From Octopus sinensis (Eukaryota): a stretch of DNA of 64,000 nt. The notes beneath the pieces are model-generated. The model ran no database searches. It saw only the letters and a list, made by a program, of their open reading frames with translations, and had not been told where the DNA came from. Shown piece after piece: positions 50,501 through 63,436 of the stretch (positions are counted from its first letter, which is position 1; every line of letters begins with the position of its first letter). Position numbers and translations under genes: made by a program. The DNA is taken from positions 14,880,001 through 14,944,000 of the forward strand of contig NC_043016.1 in NCBI RefSeq assembly GCF_006345805.1, given 5' to 3'.

Positions 50501-53500
50501 TCAAATCAGATTGCAGATCAAACATCTAATCAACTATAATCTAGATTTTCTAGTGGTGAGGGATGGCTTAAAAGATTTAAAAGTTGAGGCTTTCTTCTTA
50601 ATAAGAAATTGCATGGTCAAAAGTTGATTGAATGGTAAGGAAATATGAAAGGAGACTTTCATATCAAGGGAAACATTTTTAATAATTTCAAGGTATCTAA
50701 AGATTAAGCTACATAGTTGATAAATGGCTGTATGGTAAGAAATTAACTTCCCATACACAGGGTTCTAGGTTCAATCTCACTGTTTTGCACCATGGGCATG
50801 TGTCTTCTTCTACAACCTTGGGCCAACCAAAGCCTTGCAATGGATATGTAGAGGATTTGATAAGCAGAAACTGAGAGAAGCCTGTGTGTGTGTGTGTGTG
50901 TTAATGTCTACTTGTCTTGACATTGCATAATGCTGTAGGTGAAAGTAATTTATTTCCAATATTCTGTACAAACATACCTGACCATTGGGAAATATTGCTT
51001 TGATCGGAAACAGGTGACGGTTAGCGACAGGAAGAGCATCCAGCTGTAGAAAATCTGCCTCAGTAAAGTCCGTCCAACCAATGCAAGCAGGGAATAGGGG
51101 ATGTTAACCCTTTTGTTACCATATTTCTGTTGAGATGCTCTGTGTTTCTTCCAGTTAACTTTAAATATAACAAAAAATTTAGTAAAATCACTTAGTTACC
51201 ATTAAGCTAGTGTTAGGAACATAAATTGTGACTAAGATTTGGTGGAAGATTTTAATTCAGAACTTTTGAAAACAAGACATTTGTACTAGAGAGCCAGAGG
51301 TGGTACAGCCAGGTTGATATCAAAAGGGTTAAATACTGATGACTGGCTTCTGTGCCGGTGGCACATAAAAAGCACCATCTGAACGTTGCTAGCGCCGCCT
51401 TGGCTGGCTTCCGTGCCGCTGGCACGTTAAAAGCTCCAACCGATCGTGGCCGATGCCAGCCTCCCCTGGCACCTGTGCCGGTGGTACGTAAAAAGCACCC
51501 ACTACACTCGCGGAGTGGTTGGCGTTAGGAAGGGCATCCAGCTGTAGAAACTCTGCCAGATCAGACTGGAGCCTGGAGCAGCCCCTGGCTTCCCAGACAC
51601 CGGTCGAACCGTCCAACCTGTGCTAGCGCGGAAAACGGATGTTAAACGATGATGAAGATGATGATGTGCACCTATTAAAATGCTGAGTTTACTCTCTATT
51701 TCTACTCTGTTTCATGTCGTTGATCACATGACTGCTGTATTATCAATGATCTCAGATTACAATAAATAATAGTAACACTCCACTTAGAAACGGAGTCTTT
51801 ATTACAGAGGAAGAGTGTAATGATATATTGTAGTGTTGAGATTACTAATCTAAGTTTTGTGAATGTCCCTGCTAATCACATGACTAAGGTTGACCGAGAA
51901 GTGTAACTACGGAAGACCTAGCAATGCATAAGCAGTAATTACATTGCAACTGTGTGATTATTGAGAGAGCAGATTTAGAAAATATATCTCAGTAAAAAAA
52001 AAAAAAAAACAACTTATATATAAAAATAATAGAATAATAAAATTTTAAAAACCGTAGGTATGGTTAAGGAGCTTGCTTACTAGCTATGTGGTCTTGGGTT
52101 CAGTCCCATTGCACAGCACCTTGGGAAAGTGTCTTCTATTATAATCTTAGGTCGACCAAAACCTTGTGAGTGGATTTAGTAGATGGAAACTGAAAGAAGC
52201 CTGTCGTGTGTGTGCGTGTGTATGTATATATATATCATCACCATTATTTGTGTATGTGTTGTCCCTCACTATTGCTTGGAGGCTGGTGTTGGTTTGTTTA
52301 CATCTCCATAACTTAGTAGTTCAGAAAAAAGAAACCAATAGAATAAGTGTTGGAGTTTAAATTGTTTGACTAAAATCCTTCGAGGCAGTGCCCTTGCATG
52401 GCTGCCATCCAATGACTGAAACAAGTAAAAGGTAATTAATTACTGCTGCATTAACAGCATCTCAATGCCATGCTGCGTTGCAGAATAATATCTACAACAA
52501 AAATTTTGCTTTGATAATAATTTATTAACATGGCAGACCAATTAACACAACCCTAGTTATAATATTGCATGGACTTTAGCATATTAGTAGCTGTGATGTC
52601 ATTTAGGGATTGTTGTTTTTACTTTCATTATCTCACAAGCTCACTCAATATAGCTTTATTACATATTGTTTGCATCTTTCTGAAAATCTATAGCAGTTCT
52701 AAATTAAACAAGTGTGAACTTGATTTAGCTGGCTCTTAACTGTTTTGAATAACAGAGCTATTTTACATCTTAGATCTCCAATCTGAGATAACAAAATCTT
52801 GTTTCTTTTCTTTTTATCAGTCACAGATGCCCAAACAATACCCAGTCAAATGCACATCCTTCTCTCCTTTGTATTAAAAAGTAAAGCAAAGAATTATCTT
52901 TCCACAGACATAACTGAAAATATTAATATATAATGAAAAATTAGTGTTTTCTTGAAACAATTTCCACATATTTGCATATATATTGCATATCTTTAGAAAA
53001 TTCTCTTAACCTTTTTGGTCCCAACCTACCTGAAACTATTCCTAGTTTTATGATGCAAACTTCCTGTTGTAAAGTGATTTAAATAAAAACCTACCATCAA
53101 AATTTCATGTTGTTTGTGTTCCAGCTTTATAATTACAAAATGATTTTACTAAATACTTCATTGTTTTCAAAATTACTTGAAATGAAGGCAAGTGTATACA
53201 AAAAGAAATCTGCCATTAAAAGGGTTGAACCAAATTTTTCTATCTTAAATCTAATGATATTAAGATTTAAAATTTTGATGCAAAAATGATTTCCTTTTAT
53301 AAGAAACAGGATTGGTGTTGAGTCAGTACATTATCATTATTTAATGTCTGTTTTCCATACTGGTATGGGTTAGTGGTTTCCAAAGTGGGCAATATTGCCC
53401 CCCTGGGGGTGGTGGAAAATTCCATGGAGGCATTGAAGAAAAATGGGGCAATAATGGGGTAGCAATTCATGTAAAAAGTGGGGCAATGACAGGGTAACGA

Positions 53501-55186
53501 TTCTTGTAAAAAAAAAATGGGGCGATAATGGGGTAGCAATTCTTGTAAAAAAAATGGAGTAATAATGGGATAGTAATTCGTGTAAAAAGTGGGTTGATAA
53601 TGGGGGTAGCAATTCATGTAAAAACAACAAAATAATGGGTTCATTAGGTTAAGTTTTATTTGTGAAATACAAGTTGCTTTGAATTTGCTTCAGAAAGAGG
53701 TCTATGCTTGTGATGGTTAGTTGGGGTGGGGCGCTAGGAATGTAGCCTTGGTGTCAAGAGGGTGGCAGCCCGAAAAAGTTTGAGAACCATAGGGTTAGAC
53801 AGTTTGACTAGAGCTGGCAAGCCGGAGGGCTGCGCTGGGCTCCAGTTGTTTACTTTGGCATGGTTTCTATGACTGGATGCCCTTCCTAACACCAACCACT
53901 TCATAGAGTGTACAGGATGCTTTTTATGTGGCACCAGCTCACTCCTGAATGAAAATGTTGATCTACATATGAATAATTTATTTTACTTTATAGATATACA
54001 GAGAAAGAAATGCTTTTCTAGTCTTGAAATACATGAAAATACTATATTCCCATCATACAAATACACAGAAATGAACACAGACTACAAGGATGTTTTTTTT
54101 TATATTTACAATGTGTATTACATTTATATGAAATCTGAGGACTTGGGTGTTTACATTTTAAATGTCTTAAAACATGGATATAATTAAAATAATCTGACTT
54201 GTAAGGTGTTCATTGTTCTATTTACTATTTGTATAAATAATTTTTTAGAACCTTCAATATTTTAAAATATTCTTACTTTATCCTTTTTGTTTTCCCTCTC
54301 TTATTTCAGATCGCCATTTTGAAATAACATTTAAGACTGCTGATGATTCAAGTTTAGCATTAACAAAGTATGGCGAATTCTTATATGATAACTTGATTAT
54401 TTTTTCTCCTTCTGTGGAAGGTAAGTTTTCATTTTAATAAATCAATCGTTTTGTTACTATTACTACTGATATGTAATAATACTTAGATTTAATATTGTTC
54501 ATTTTTTTGAAAGCTATGAACAAAACTTCCTTTTTAAGGAATATAATGTCCATTCTTTAGATTATATAGTGAAATGTTGGAATGAAGGTAGCATTTATTA
54601 AGATTGTTATTTCTTTTGTTTGATATTCGAATTCTCATAGTTGGACTTTGGATTTTAGATTATGAACTGTTAAAAGAATGGTGTTATATTAATTTTGGAT
54701 TTCCATGGTTAGGGTTTTGATTGGGTTGTATAGTTCTTATGAACATTTGAACTCTTTTGCAAAGAAAGCCTAAATCACATCGGTTCTCGTGTGACTTAAA
54801 TATCTTAAATATTAATACCTTCAAGTGATAGTTATAGTGAATAAAATTTATTTTGTTTTACGTTTATACTAACACAAACATTTTTTTTTTTAATCTTCAA
54901 AATTTTTACTAAAATATTATCATTTTCAGAATTTGGAGGCTCAATTGATGTGGCTGCCATCACAAACTTCATTGACAACGGTGGCAATGTTTTAGTTGCA
55001 GCAAGTTCTTCTATTGGTATGGAAAAAAATTTTTCTGCATTTCTCTTAAATTGAAACTTTTATTAATTTAAGAGTTTACAAATGTAAATATAAAAGAAAG
55101 CAAATAAGTTGCAAGACCAGGTTCAGGTCAAACCCTCATTATCCACTTATTTATTTCTCTCTCCCCCTCTCTCATATGTGTGTGTG

Positions 55187-55219
<33 letters not shown>

Positions 55220-55696
55220 TTTATGTTCAGATATAATAAAAACAATTTTACTATAATCTGGTGGGTTACTCTATACTTTTGTAGAGTACAAACTTATTAT
55301 TCTTATACAAGAATGTTGCTGACAGTGACTTCAAAGTTTCGGTCAGTTAAGCCATCAATGTTGAGTACTACAGCTTCTTCAAAGCAGTTCTTGAAATAGT
55401 AATTGTGTGGTTGTTGGGGTGGGGAGAAGAGAAGGGAGTGCTGGGCAGTGGCAGAGGTTGACAAAGAATTGCTCAGAAATGAGTGACGGATGGCACTAGA
55501 GATAGGGTTAAGTTAAGTGCATGGGGCTACAGACAGAACACTGCAGTCTCTTACACATACACACAAGCACATGCACACACATATATATATCAGTAGGCTA
55601 GCAGGTCAAAATCCTGAAGTCACTGTCATCTGTTTCCTTGTAAAAAGTTTAATAATCATATATTGAGTAATTCTTCAGTTTAATACACCCCCCCAC

Positions 55697-55735
<39 letters not shown>

Positions 55736-58700
55736 TTTGTGTTTGTGCATTAAGGCATATATTTATATGTGAATGTATGTATGTTTTTAGGTGACCCTCT
55801 ACGTGAAATTGCTACGGAATGTGGTGTTGAATTTGATGAAGAGAAGACTGCCGTCATTGACCATTTGAACTATGATGTTTCTGATGGAGGAAAGGTATAT
55901 TTTCATTCTTTATTATTCATCATAACAATTAGCATTGTAGAAATTCATACAATATTTTGGCTTTCAGAATCCTAATTTTAAACTGAAAAATTTGAAAAGA
56001 TTAGTAAACTATAAATAAGAATATGCACAAAAGTAAATGCATAAGCTGTAATAGTCATCATCATCATCATTGTTTAATGTCTGCCTTCCGTGCTGGCATG
56101 GGTGGAATGGTTTGATAGTTGCCAGCCAGGCAGGAGCCTGCACCAGACTTCTGTGTCTGTTTTGGCAGGGTTTTTACAGCTGGATGCCCTTCCTAACACC
56201 AACCACCCAACAGAGTGGACTGAGTGCTTTTTATGTGGCACAAGCACAGGTGAGGTCAGTTTTGGCATGGCTTTTACAATTGGATGCCCTTCCAAACACC
56301 AACCACATTACAGTGTGGACTGGATGTTTTTTAAGTGGTACCTGCACTGACAGGGTCTCAAAGTACCTTGCAAGACAAGAAAATAAACTGTTAAGACAAG
56401 ATAAACTCACTGATTGTTAATCTCTGATTTGCAGACATTAAGTATTGTTTCATTATCATCATTGTCTTAACATCCAATTTTTCATGCTTGCAGAGGTTGA
56501 ATATAGGAATAAATTTTCTATGTCCCAATGATGCCCTACCTGTCACTGATTTCTGTTTCCAAGCAAGTTAATATTTCCCCCATGGCTAGACATGTTCTCA
56601 CAGAATATTGGAAATAAATCACATTTGCTTATATGATAGTGATGCTCTTTTAAAAAGCATCACGCTACGCAAAGACAAGGACATACACACACATATGACA
56701 CATAGCAAGCTTCTTTCAGTTTCCGTCTACCAAATCTGTTCACAAGGCTTTGGTCAGCCTGGAACTATAGTGGAAGACACCTGTCCAAGATGCCATTCAG
56801 TGGGACGGAATCCGAAGCCAGCTGTGTGCTTAAGAAGTTTGATAAGCAAACCTCTTCATTATGCAGCTGTGCTTGTACTTGCCAGATTACATAAAAATTG
56901 ATTTATATTCTTCCTTAGGCTTTGCCAGTATGGAACATGGATGTTAAGGGATTATGATGGTGGGCATTCAGTAAACTTATGGTTGCCAAGATGTTTTTTA
57001 ACATAAAGGATTTAACCTTCAATTGCTCCCTATTATTGTGTACCTGTGACACTCAGAAAATACTACCTTTGTTAAACTTAGTCACATTAGATACTAAAGT
57101 ATTCGGCAGGATGCCTTCCTTTTAGAGAAAGTTATAAAGACAATTTTTCTGTTTTGTCTGTTAAATGTTTTGTTAAAAAAACATTTCAATGTTCATGTCA
57201 TTTATGTTTGTTGTTTTACTTTAGCATACTCTCATAGTTGCTGATTCAAGCAATTTGCTGGATGCTCCAATGATTGTCGGAAAAAAATCAACAGACCCCT
57301 TGTTGTTCCAAGGTGTTGGGTATGTGTATTTGGTTTATCTTTTTTCTTTTTTTTTTTTGCTTATTTTTACCCAGATATCTATTTGGTTGTATTTTTATTG
57401 AAACTTTTGGAATTGCTAATTCTCAGAATTTTAGATATTTTATATTAAATTAAGTTTCAACCAGTTTCAAATGGCAGCGTGTTGTCCATTGAGACAATGT
57501 CTGCATATTCATCATCATTTAGCATCCATCTTTCCATGCTGGCATGGGTTGGACAGTTTGACAGGAGCTGGCCAGGCAGAAGACTGCACTAGACTTCTGT
57601 GCCTGTTTTAGCATGGTTTTCACAGTTGGATGCCCTTCCTAACACCAACCATTCTGCAGAGTGAACTCAGTGCTTTTTACGGGGCACCAGCACAAGTGAG
57701 GTTGGTTTTGGCATGGATTTTTTTTTTTTTACAGCTGGATGCCCTTCCAAATGTCAACCACTTTACAGTGTGGACATGTTACTGATGCTAAACTAGGAGC
57801 CAACTGTATGCTGCTTGGCCATTGTATTTATTATTTCTGCTTTAATTATGATAGTTCTAGAAATGAACCCAATATTTACCATTATAATATACCAACAGTA
57901 TATATAGAAATATATATGCATATTTATATACTGTTAATATGGCAGTTAGTGGAGGTGGGCAATTCTCATAATCTTTATAATTGGTCTTTTGAGACTGAGA
58001 TTAAAGCAGTTAGTGTTCAGTTTGAATAAGGTCAATGTCTAAAGTGGGCAGTGCTGGAATATTCCTGTGAATTAAAGTGTTGGGCATGATAAAGTGAATA
58101 GAAGAAATTGATGAGTTGAGAGAGAGAGTGTGTGTGGCTAACTTGTTCAGATATGCAGAGGTCCATGTAGAAGATTACAGCAACAGCAGGGGAAGATGTT
58201 GAAGTACAAATCTTTAAAATGAATATATCGAATTGTTACAGTTGTGTGTGTGTGTGTGCTTTCATTTGTTGATATTACTGACTGTATCTTCATTTTCAAA
58301 CTTTTGATTTCGCAATATTTCAGAATGATAGCTGACTCTGAAAATCCTCTTGTTCTAAATGTACTTCATGGATCTTCCACAGCTTATTCTTTTAACCCAA
58401 ACAACAAAATCGATGAGGTGAGTGTTTCAAACTGCTTTTTTTTTTTTTTTACTACATTGATTTAAAATGGTTACTTTAAAATGTTTTACACAATTTTCTC
58501 TTTTTTCATATATATAACTGAAAACCAAGAGGAGAGTGGAGATTTAGTCACATCCAAAACCTTTTAATTAAAAAGTTTTTTACAGCATATATAACACTGG
58601 CCAATATATGTTTCTACTGCAGCAACTTATACCTTGCTCTGTATGCAATTATGCATGTTAGTCGCTACAATTTCATCAAGGGTCCATCACTTACGATGTT

Positions 58701-61700
58701 TTTAAAGTGAATTAGTTCAAACAAGCTTCCTGCATTGGTATTCAGTTGAAGGTTATGGTGTTACTTTTACAATCAAATTGAATTCCGGTCTTATAATCAC
58801 CTCTGCTGGTTTTACAGTTGAATTGTGGCTTATAAAATGTTCATTCATATTACAATCAATTGTAGCAGTTTTGTTTACATTTTACTGTATGGAGTACGTT
58901 ATTCGTTCACAGTTAATTTTCACTTGTGTTTGGGTTTATGCCCCCAGTTAAAATATACATATATGCTTGCATAGTAGGTGGGTGGCTTATTTGTCATTCA
59001 TTTATAGCTGAATGTTCTTTTTACCACAAACCACTCAACTGCTTTAATGTTGGAACCAGTTAGATCCAGCCTCTCACACCAACCTTACAATGTCATTCTC
59101 AAAGCAAACAATCACTTTATCAAAATCTCAAAGCTATGAGACAATGCATGATTAATTCAAAATAGTGTGAATAAATAAGCATTACATTTGACAGTGAAGG
59201 AACATGGCTCAGTGGTTAGCATCGGGCTCACAGTCATGAGGTAGTGAGTTCAATTCCTGGACTGGGCTGTGTGTTGTGTTCTTGAGCAAGACACTTTATT
59301 TCATGTTGCTCCAGTTCACTCAGCCGTAGAAATGAGTTGCAACATCGCTGGTACTAAGCTGTATCGGCCTTTGCCTTTTCCTTGGATAACATCAGTGGCA
59401 TGGAGAAGGGATTTGTATGCATGGGTGATTGTTGGTCTTCCTTAAACAACCATGCCTGGATTTGTGCTTCAGAGGGGAATGTTCTAGATGCAATTCATGG
59501 CCAAAGGGTTCTTTATCTTTACCCTAACATTTGACAATAATTTGAGTGCTTGAAGGTTAAACCTGGAAGAACAAGGTTTTCTATGGGTTTTTTTTTTCGT
59601 TTGATCTTTGTTGTTGTGGGGTGGTGGATGTTTTCATGTTTCACTTTGTTTGAAATGTAAAATACTTGTGTTATTCAATCCTAGGTTAGTGATTAATACG
59701 TTTACTTTTGTGGAACTTATACATCATACACTAATGAACACAGATTCCATTAAAATGGTCAGAGTAAAATTAGATGAAATATCATCAACTCAAAGATGAT
59801 AAAAGATTTCTTCTTAATAAATTCACCAGATCCAATCAAAATACAGAGCTGAATATATACTTGTGATATCATTCACAAAGGGATTACCTGTCTATATTTA
59901 AGAGATGAGGAATTATGTACATTATTTACATTTGACAGATATTTGTCCTCATCTTGTTTGTTGTTAACAACAAACAAGATGAGGACAAATATCCATCAAA
60001 TGAAAGTAATGTAAATATTCAGTGTGAGAGAGTTCAAATAATGATTGTGCTTTATCTGAATTTCCAAGATGAAGAATTATCATTTTTTAGACTAATGACC
60101 TCATTTTGGTTGTTATTCTTTTACTGCTTCAGTCATTTGACTGACTGCAGCCATGCTGGAGCACCAGTCTTAAAAGAGTTTTTTAGTTGAAGAAATCAAC
60201 CCCAGGACTTATTTTTTGTAAACCCAGTACTTATTCTATCGGTCTCCTTTGCTGAACTGCTAAGTTATGAAAACATAAACACACCCACATTGGTTGTCAA
60301 GTGATGGGGGGGGGGGGGGAATATAGACACACACACACACATAGATATATACATATATATACGACAGGCTTCTTTCAGTTTCCATCTACCCAATCCACTC
60401 ACAAAGCTTTGATTGGCCTGAGGTTATAGTAGAAGACACTTGCCCAAGGTGCCATGCAAGTGGGACTGAACCTGGGACCATGCGGTTGGGAAGCAAGCTA
60501 CTTACCAAACAGCCACGCCTGCACCTAGTTATAGTTACAAAATTTTGGCCATGTTACCCATTTCTTCTTCTTCAAATGTCTCTTATTATATTTGGTAAAA
60601 TTCTCAGAAATTTTAACCAAACTTTTTGTTCCATTCATGTTCCATTGACCTTGTCTGGGATATTCTTGTACATGATTTGATATTTGGATTTTTCAGTTTC
60701 CCCATGCTGTGGGCAAGAATACTCTACTTATTGCTGCTTTGCAAGCAAGGAACAATGCCAGAGTTGTATTTGTTGGCTCTCTAGATTTTTTCAGTGACCA
60801 GTTTTTCACGGCGCCTGTTCAGAAAGCTAGTGATGGAGTACGGTAGGTGATTCTTTTAATTCTTTCAATACATTTGAAATTATTTTTTCATCAAAAGAAA
60901 TAATTCTATAAATAATTTATTATAATTACATTTTTAAAATTTTATTTACTTAATTTAGTGTTGAGAAATCTGGCAATCAAGAACTTGCAGGCAATTTAGC
61001 TGAATGGGTTTTGAAGATGAAAGGAGTTTTACGAGTTCGCAAAGTATCCCATCATATTTCTGGCAAAACCACCCCACCTCCTGCATATACAATTTTGGAT
61101 GATGTTGTAAGTAATATGTGTCTTAATAACAACTAGGAAAAAAAGATTCATGATAGTTGATTAAATTAAATTTTAACACAAGTTATTTTCTCAAGTTATC
61201 GACATCGGTTGCTCATTTTCTAAAACAACTTTTCATTGATCTGAACTTTTATTGAAATTAGTGAAGCCTTTATATCACCACTCTCAACATTTTTTAATAG
61301 TCTTTTTAATGGTAGCTAATCAAATTTAGCGTCCCTCTCTCCCTCGTCTGGCACCTGTGTCGGTGGCACATAAAAGACACCATCCGAGCATGGCCGTTTG
61401 CCAGCCTCGTCTGGCACCTGTGTCGGTGGCACATAAAATCACCCACTACACTCTCGGAGTGGTTGGCGTTAGGAAGGGCATCCAGCTGTAGAAACACTGC
61501 CAGATCTGACTGGACTGGTGCAGCTTTCGGGCTCCCCAGACCCCAGTTGAACCGTCCAACCCATGCTAGCATGGAAAGCGGACGTTAAATGATGATGATG
61601 ATGACATCGGGCATATTTAAAAAGAAAATAAACATCAGATACGTAGATTGTAATTATTCCCAAGAGTATCTTGAATATTATTGTATAGTCATTAATTAAT

Positions 61701-62766
61701 TAACATCTTGGTTTGTACGTTGAAAATGTGCTTATGTTAGGTTACAAACTGTTTTTGAGGCAATACTGATTTCTTTTCATTATATCTTTGGAACATATTT
61801 CTTCAGCTTTTTGAGTCTTTTCATGCAAGATTTAACTCCAATGTTCATATTACTTGAAATATTTTACAAGATTTTCTTAAAACCATTGCAAAATATTTAA
61901 AAAGTAAACTACTACTTTTTTTTCTTTTTCTTTATCAAAGGAATACAGTATTGAAATTGAAGAATATGCCAATGGAAAGTGGCAACCTTTTGAGGCTGAA
62001 AATGTACAATTAGAATTTGTGCGCATTGATCCATTTATTTGCCATACTTTACAAGGGAAAGGTAAAGCAATTCTATTCAAGTGACTATTATTAATTCATG
62101 CATAGTTTTACCATTAATAAACAATGTCAGTTGCATTTTCAGAATCATTTCTAGCCACAAAAATAAATATACAACTTTAAAAACTCTTTTCTACAAAAAT
62201 AAAACAACTTTAAAACACTTTTCTCTTTATCCTTAAATTTGGTTAATGTCTTTCAATTTAGTCACATTTCAAAATCTTTTTCTATTTTACAATTCCTTTT
62301 TTTATTTTTAGATGGTATATTTTCAACTCGCTTTAAACTTCCTGATGTTTATGGTGTGTATCAGTTCAGAATAGACTTTAATAGAATGGGATTCACACAT
62401 CTATTCAGCTTGACTCAGGTAAGTCTCTTGACCTCTTATAGATTAAATTTTACTTTTCATGAGATTATAATTTGTAGAATATTTGACCTATGTTTCCAGA
62501 TATTTTCAAATTTGATTCACGTAGGTTCACATATGAAAGTACTATCATGATGATATTTACAAAAATGTAGTTTGATGGTAAAATTAAGATCTATAAATTT
62601 TGTTTTGTAGGTATCTGTACGTCCATTAGAGCATACGCAATACGAAAGATTTATACCATCAGCGTATCCTTATTATGTGAGTGCATTTTCTATGATGTTT
62701 GGTGTGTTCCTGTTAAGTTTGGTATTCCTCCACTACAAAGAAGATGTCAAAGAAAAAGACGAGTGA
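40437..62766 (+). CDS. DDOST: Dolichyl-diphosphooligosaccharide-protein glycosyltransferase 48 kDa subunit (OST48/WBP1 family), complete 11-exon gene, 441 aa
   Basis: Exons 40437-40593, 54310-54420, 54930-55016, 55791-55894, 57225-57319, 58324-58417, 60697-60842, 60959-61106, 61941-62061, 62312-62418 and 62611-62766 are all GT-AG bounded, phases are compatible, and they sum to 1326 nt (441 aa + TGA). The protein has an N-terminal signal peptide and OST48 hallmarks ([69 protein letters not shown]). It ends in a TM helix and a KxKxx ER-retrieval motif (KEKDE). Confidence 0.97.
45778..46870 (-). mobile_element. RTE LINE 3' fragment with long pyrimidine-rich UTR (purine-rich on +), DDOST intron 1
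   Basis: (cat)n at 45778, gcccttcctaacaccaacc motif, degenerate [14 protein letters not shown]...VLEKTR at ~46790-46870. Confidence 0.6.
48040..49250 (-). mobile_element. Decayed RLE-type LINE (knuckle + RLE, probable RT remains upstream), same family as 33.1-34.7 kb; DDOST intron 1
   Basis: [20 protein letters not shown]...[13 protein letters not shown]...[31 protein letters not shown]. Confidence 0.65.
49350..49720 (+). mobile_element. Full-length tRNA-derived SINE with CORE-like box; other copies ~5396-5780(+), 26490-26890(+), 29340-29515(-), 42875-43040(+), 44825-45080(+), 50725-50880(+), 52060-52410(+), 56700-56870(-), 60110-60525(-)
   Basis: A-box-like tggctgtgtggtaag, B-box-like ggttcagtccc, ggcaccttgggcaagtgtc core, (TG)n spacer, tail ggtgctccagcatggcc...tgactgaaacaagtaaaaga. 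Confidence 0.85.
51108..51328. mobile_element. piggyBac-type MITE, TTAA TSD
   Basis: ttaa|cccttttgttacc ... gatatcaaaaggg|ttaa. Confidence 0.75.
51340..51665 (+). mobile_element. RTE 3' end with VNTR; other RTE tails at ~4720-4870(+), 44400-44540(+), 45600-45790(+), 49890-50150(-), 56055-56400(-), 57510-57780(-)
   Basis: ggttggcgttaggaagggcatccagctgtagaaac...ccaacc...(gat)n. Confidence 0.8.
53010..53224. mobile_element. Degenerate piggyBac-type MITE
   Basis: ttaa|cctttttg ... ttaaaaggg|ttga. Confidence 0.45.
53371..53791. mobile_element. hAT/Charlie-like MITE with internal ~35-bp tandem repeat, inserted in an RTE tail (53325-53940, -)
   Basis: Ends tagtggtttccaaa / aaagtttgagaaccata; gggttag duplicated at 53367-53373 and 53792-53798; RTE tail sequence resumes on both sides. 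Confidence 0.6.
54310..54420 (+). CDS. DDOST: DDOST exon 2 ([37 protein letters not shown])
   Basis: ttatttcag| acceptor, |gtaagt donor, conserved translation. Confidence 0.96.
54930..55016 (+). CDS. DDOST: DDOST exon 3 ([29 protein letters not shown])
   Basis: ttttcag| acceptor, |gtatgg donor, conserved translation. Confidence 0.96.
55791..55894 (+). CDS. DDOST: DDOST exon 4 ([35 protein letters not shown])
   Basis: tttttag| acceptor, |gtatat donor, conserved translation. Confidence 0.96.
57225..57319 (+). CDS. DDOST: DDOST exon 5 ([32 protein letters not shown])
   Basis: actttag| acceptor, |gtatgt donor, conserved translation. Confidence 0.95.
58324..58417 (+). CDS. DDOST: DDOST exon 6 ([31 protein letters not shown])
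   Basis: atttcag| acceptor, |gtgagt donor, conserved translation. Confidence 0.95.
59200..59510 (+). mobile_element. Second tRNA-SINE family (gtgttcttgagcaagacac core); antisense copy at ~26960-27220
   Basis: tggctcagtggttag A box, gttcaattcc B box, shared core. Confidence 0.65.
60697..60842 (+). CDS. DDOST: DDOST exon 7 ([49 protein letters not shown])
   Basis: tttttcag| acceptor, |gtaggt donor, conserved translation. Confidence 0.96.
60959..61106 (+). CDS. DDOST: DDOST exon 8 ([49 protein letters not shown])
   Basis: aatttag| acceptor, |gtaagt donor, conserved translation. Confidence 0.95.
61328..61605 (+). mobile_element. RTE 3' end in DDOST intron 8
   Basis: VNTR units, same 3' motif, (gat)n tail. 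Confidence 0.8.
61941..62061 (+). CDS. DDOST: DDOST exon 9 ([40 protein letters not shown])
   Basis: tttatcaaag| acceptor, |gtaaag donor, conserved translation. Confidence 0.95.
62312..62418 (+). CDS. DDOST: DDOST exon 10 ([36 protein letters not shown])
   Basis: tttttag| acceptor, |gtaagt donor, conserved translation. Confidence 0.96.
62611..62766 (+). CDS. DDOST: DDOST exon 11 ([51 protein letters not shown])
   Basis: ttttgtag| acceptor, TM helix, KxKxx end, TGA at 62764-62766. Confidence 0.97.
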   Translation, partial: VSVRPLEHTQYERFIPSAYPYYVSAFSMMFGVFLLSLVFLHYKEDVKEKDE

Positions 62767-62845
62767 ACATAGCTAAACCAGTAGAAAGTAAAATGACTCA
62801 TTCCATTTCACATTTTATTACATTTTCTTCAACTAAAAAATTGTT

Positions 62846-62851
62846 AATAAA
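62846..62851 (+). terminator. Candidate DDOST polyadenylation signal AATAAA (a second at 63049-63054)
   Basis: AATAAA 80 nt after the stop codon, followed by U-rich sequence. Confidence 0.5.
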
Positions 62852-63399
62852 ATTAAAAAAGTATTCTGTCTTTTTTTTTTATTTACACATTCTGTGGCAA
62901 AATGACAAAAAAACAAAACACAAACTTAATCTTTATTAATCTAAGTTCATATTTTTAACTCAAACGTTTTATTGCACTTTAACTTTAGAGTAAATTATTC
63001 CAAGGTAATATTCAGATTCAAATATCATTTATGAATAGACAGATGCTAAATAAACCTTCTCAGTTATTTTTTGTTGGCCAAGTTAATCTGTTTGATGTAG
63101 GAAGTATTAAAAACCTATTAGAAATAATTATACTGGAAAGAAAAGACATAATTATTTCTTCATCATTTTTATATCCATTTTACTATCCTGGCATGGCTTA
63201 AATGACACGGAAACAGGTTTTCCTGGGCTGGATATTCTCTGTCACCACATCAGTCATTGTTTTTCAAGTAAGGTATTTTTGATTCCCCTCATTCTCCATA
63301 TGATTCCCAAAGTACATTTTGTTTACTACAGAATGTCAATAGTTTTATAAATTTTGCTTAGACAGTGTTAATGAAGACATATAGCATCAACATTCCAGA

Positions 63400-63434
<35 letters not shown>

Positions 63435-63436
<2 letters not shown>

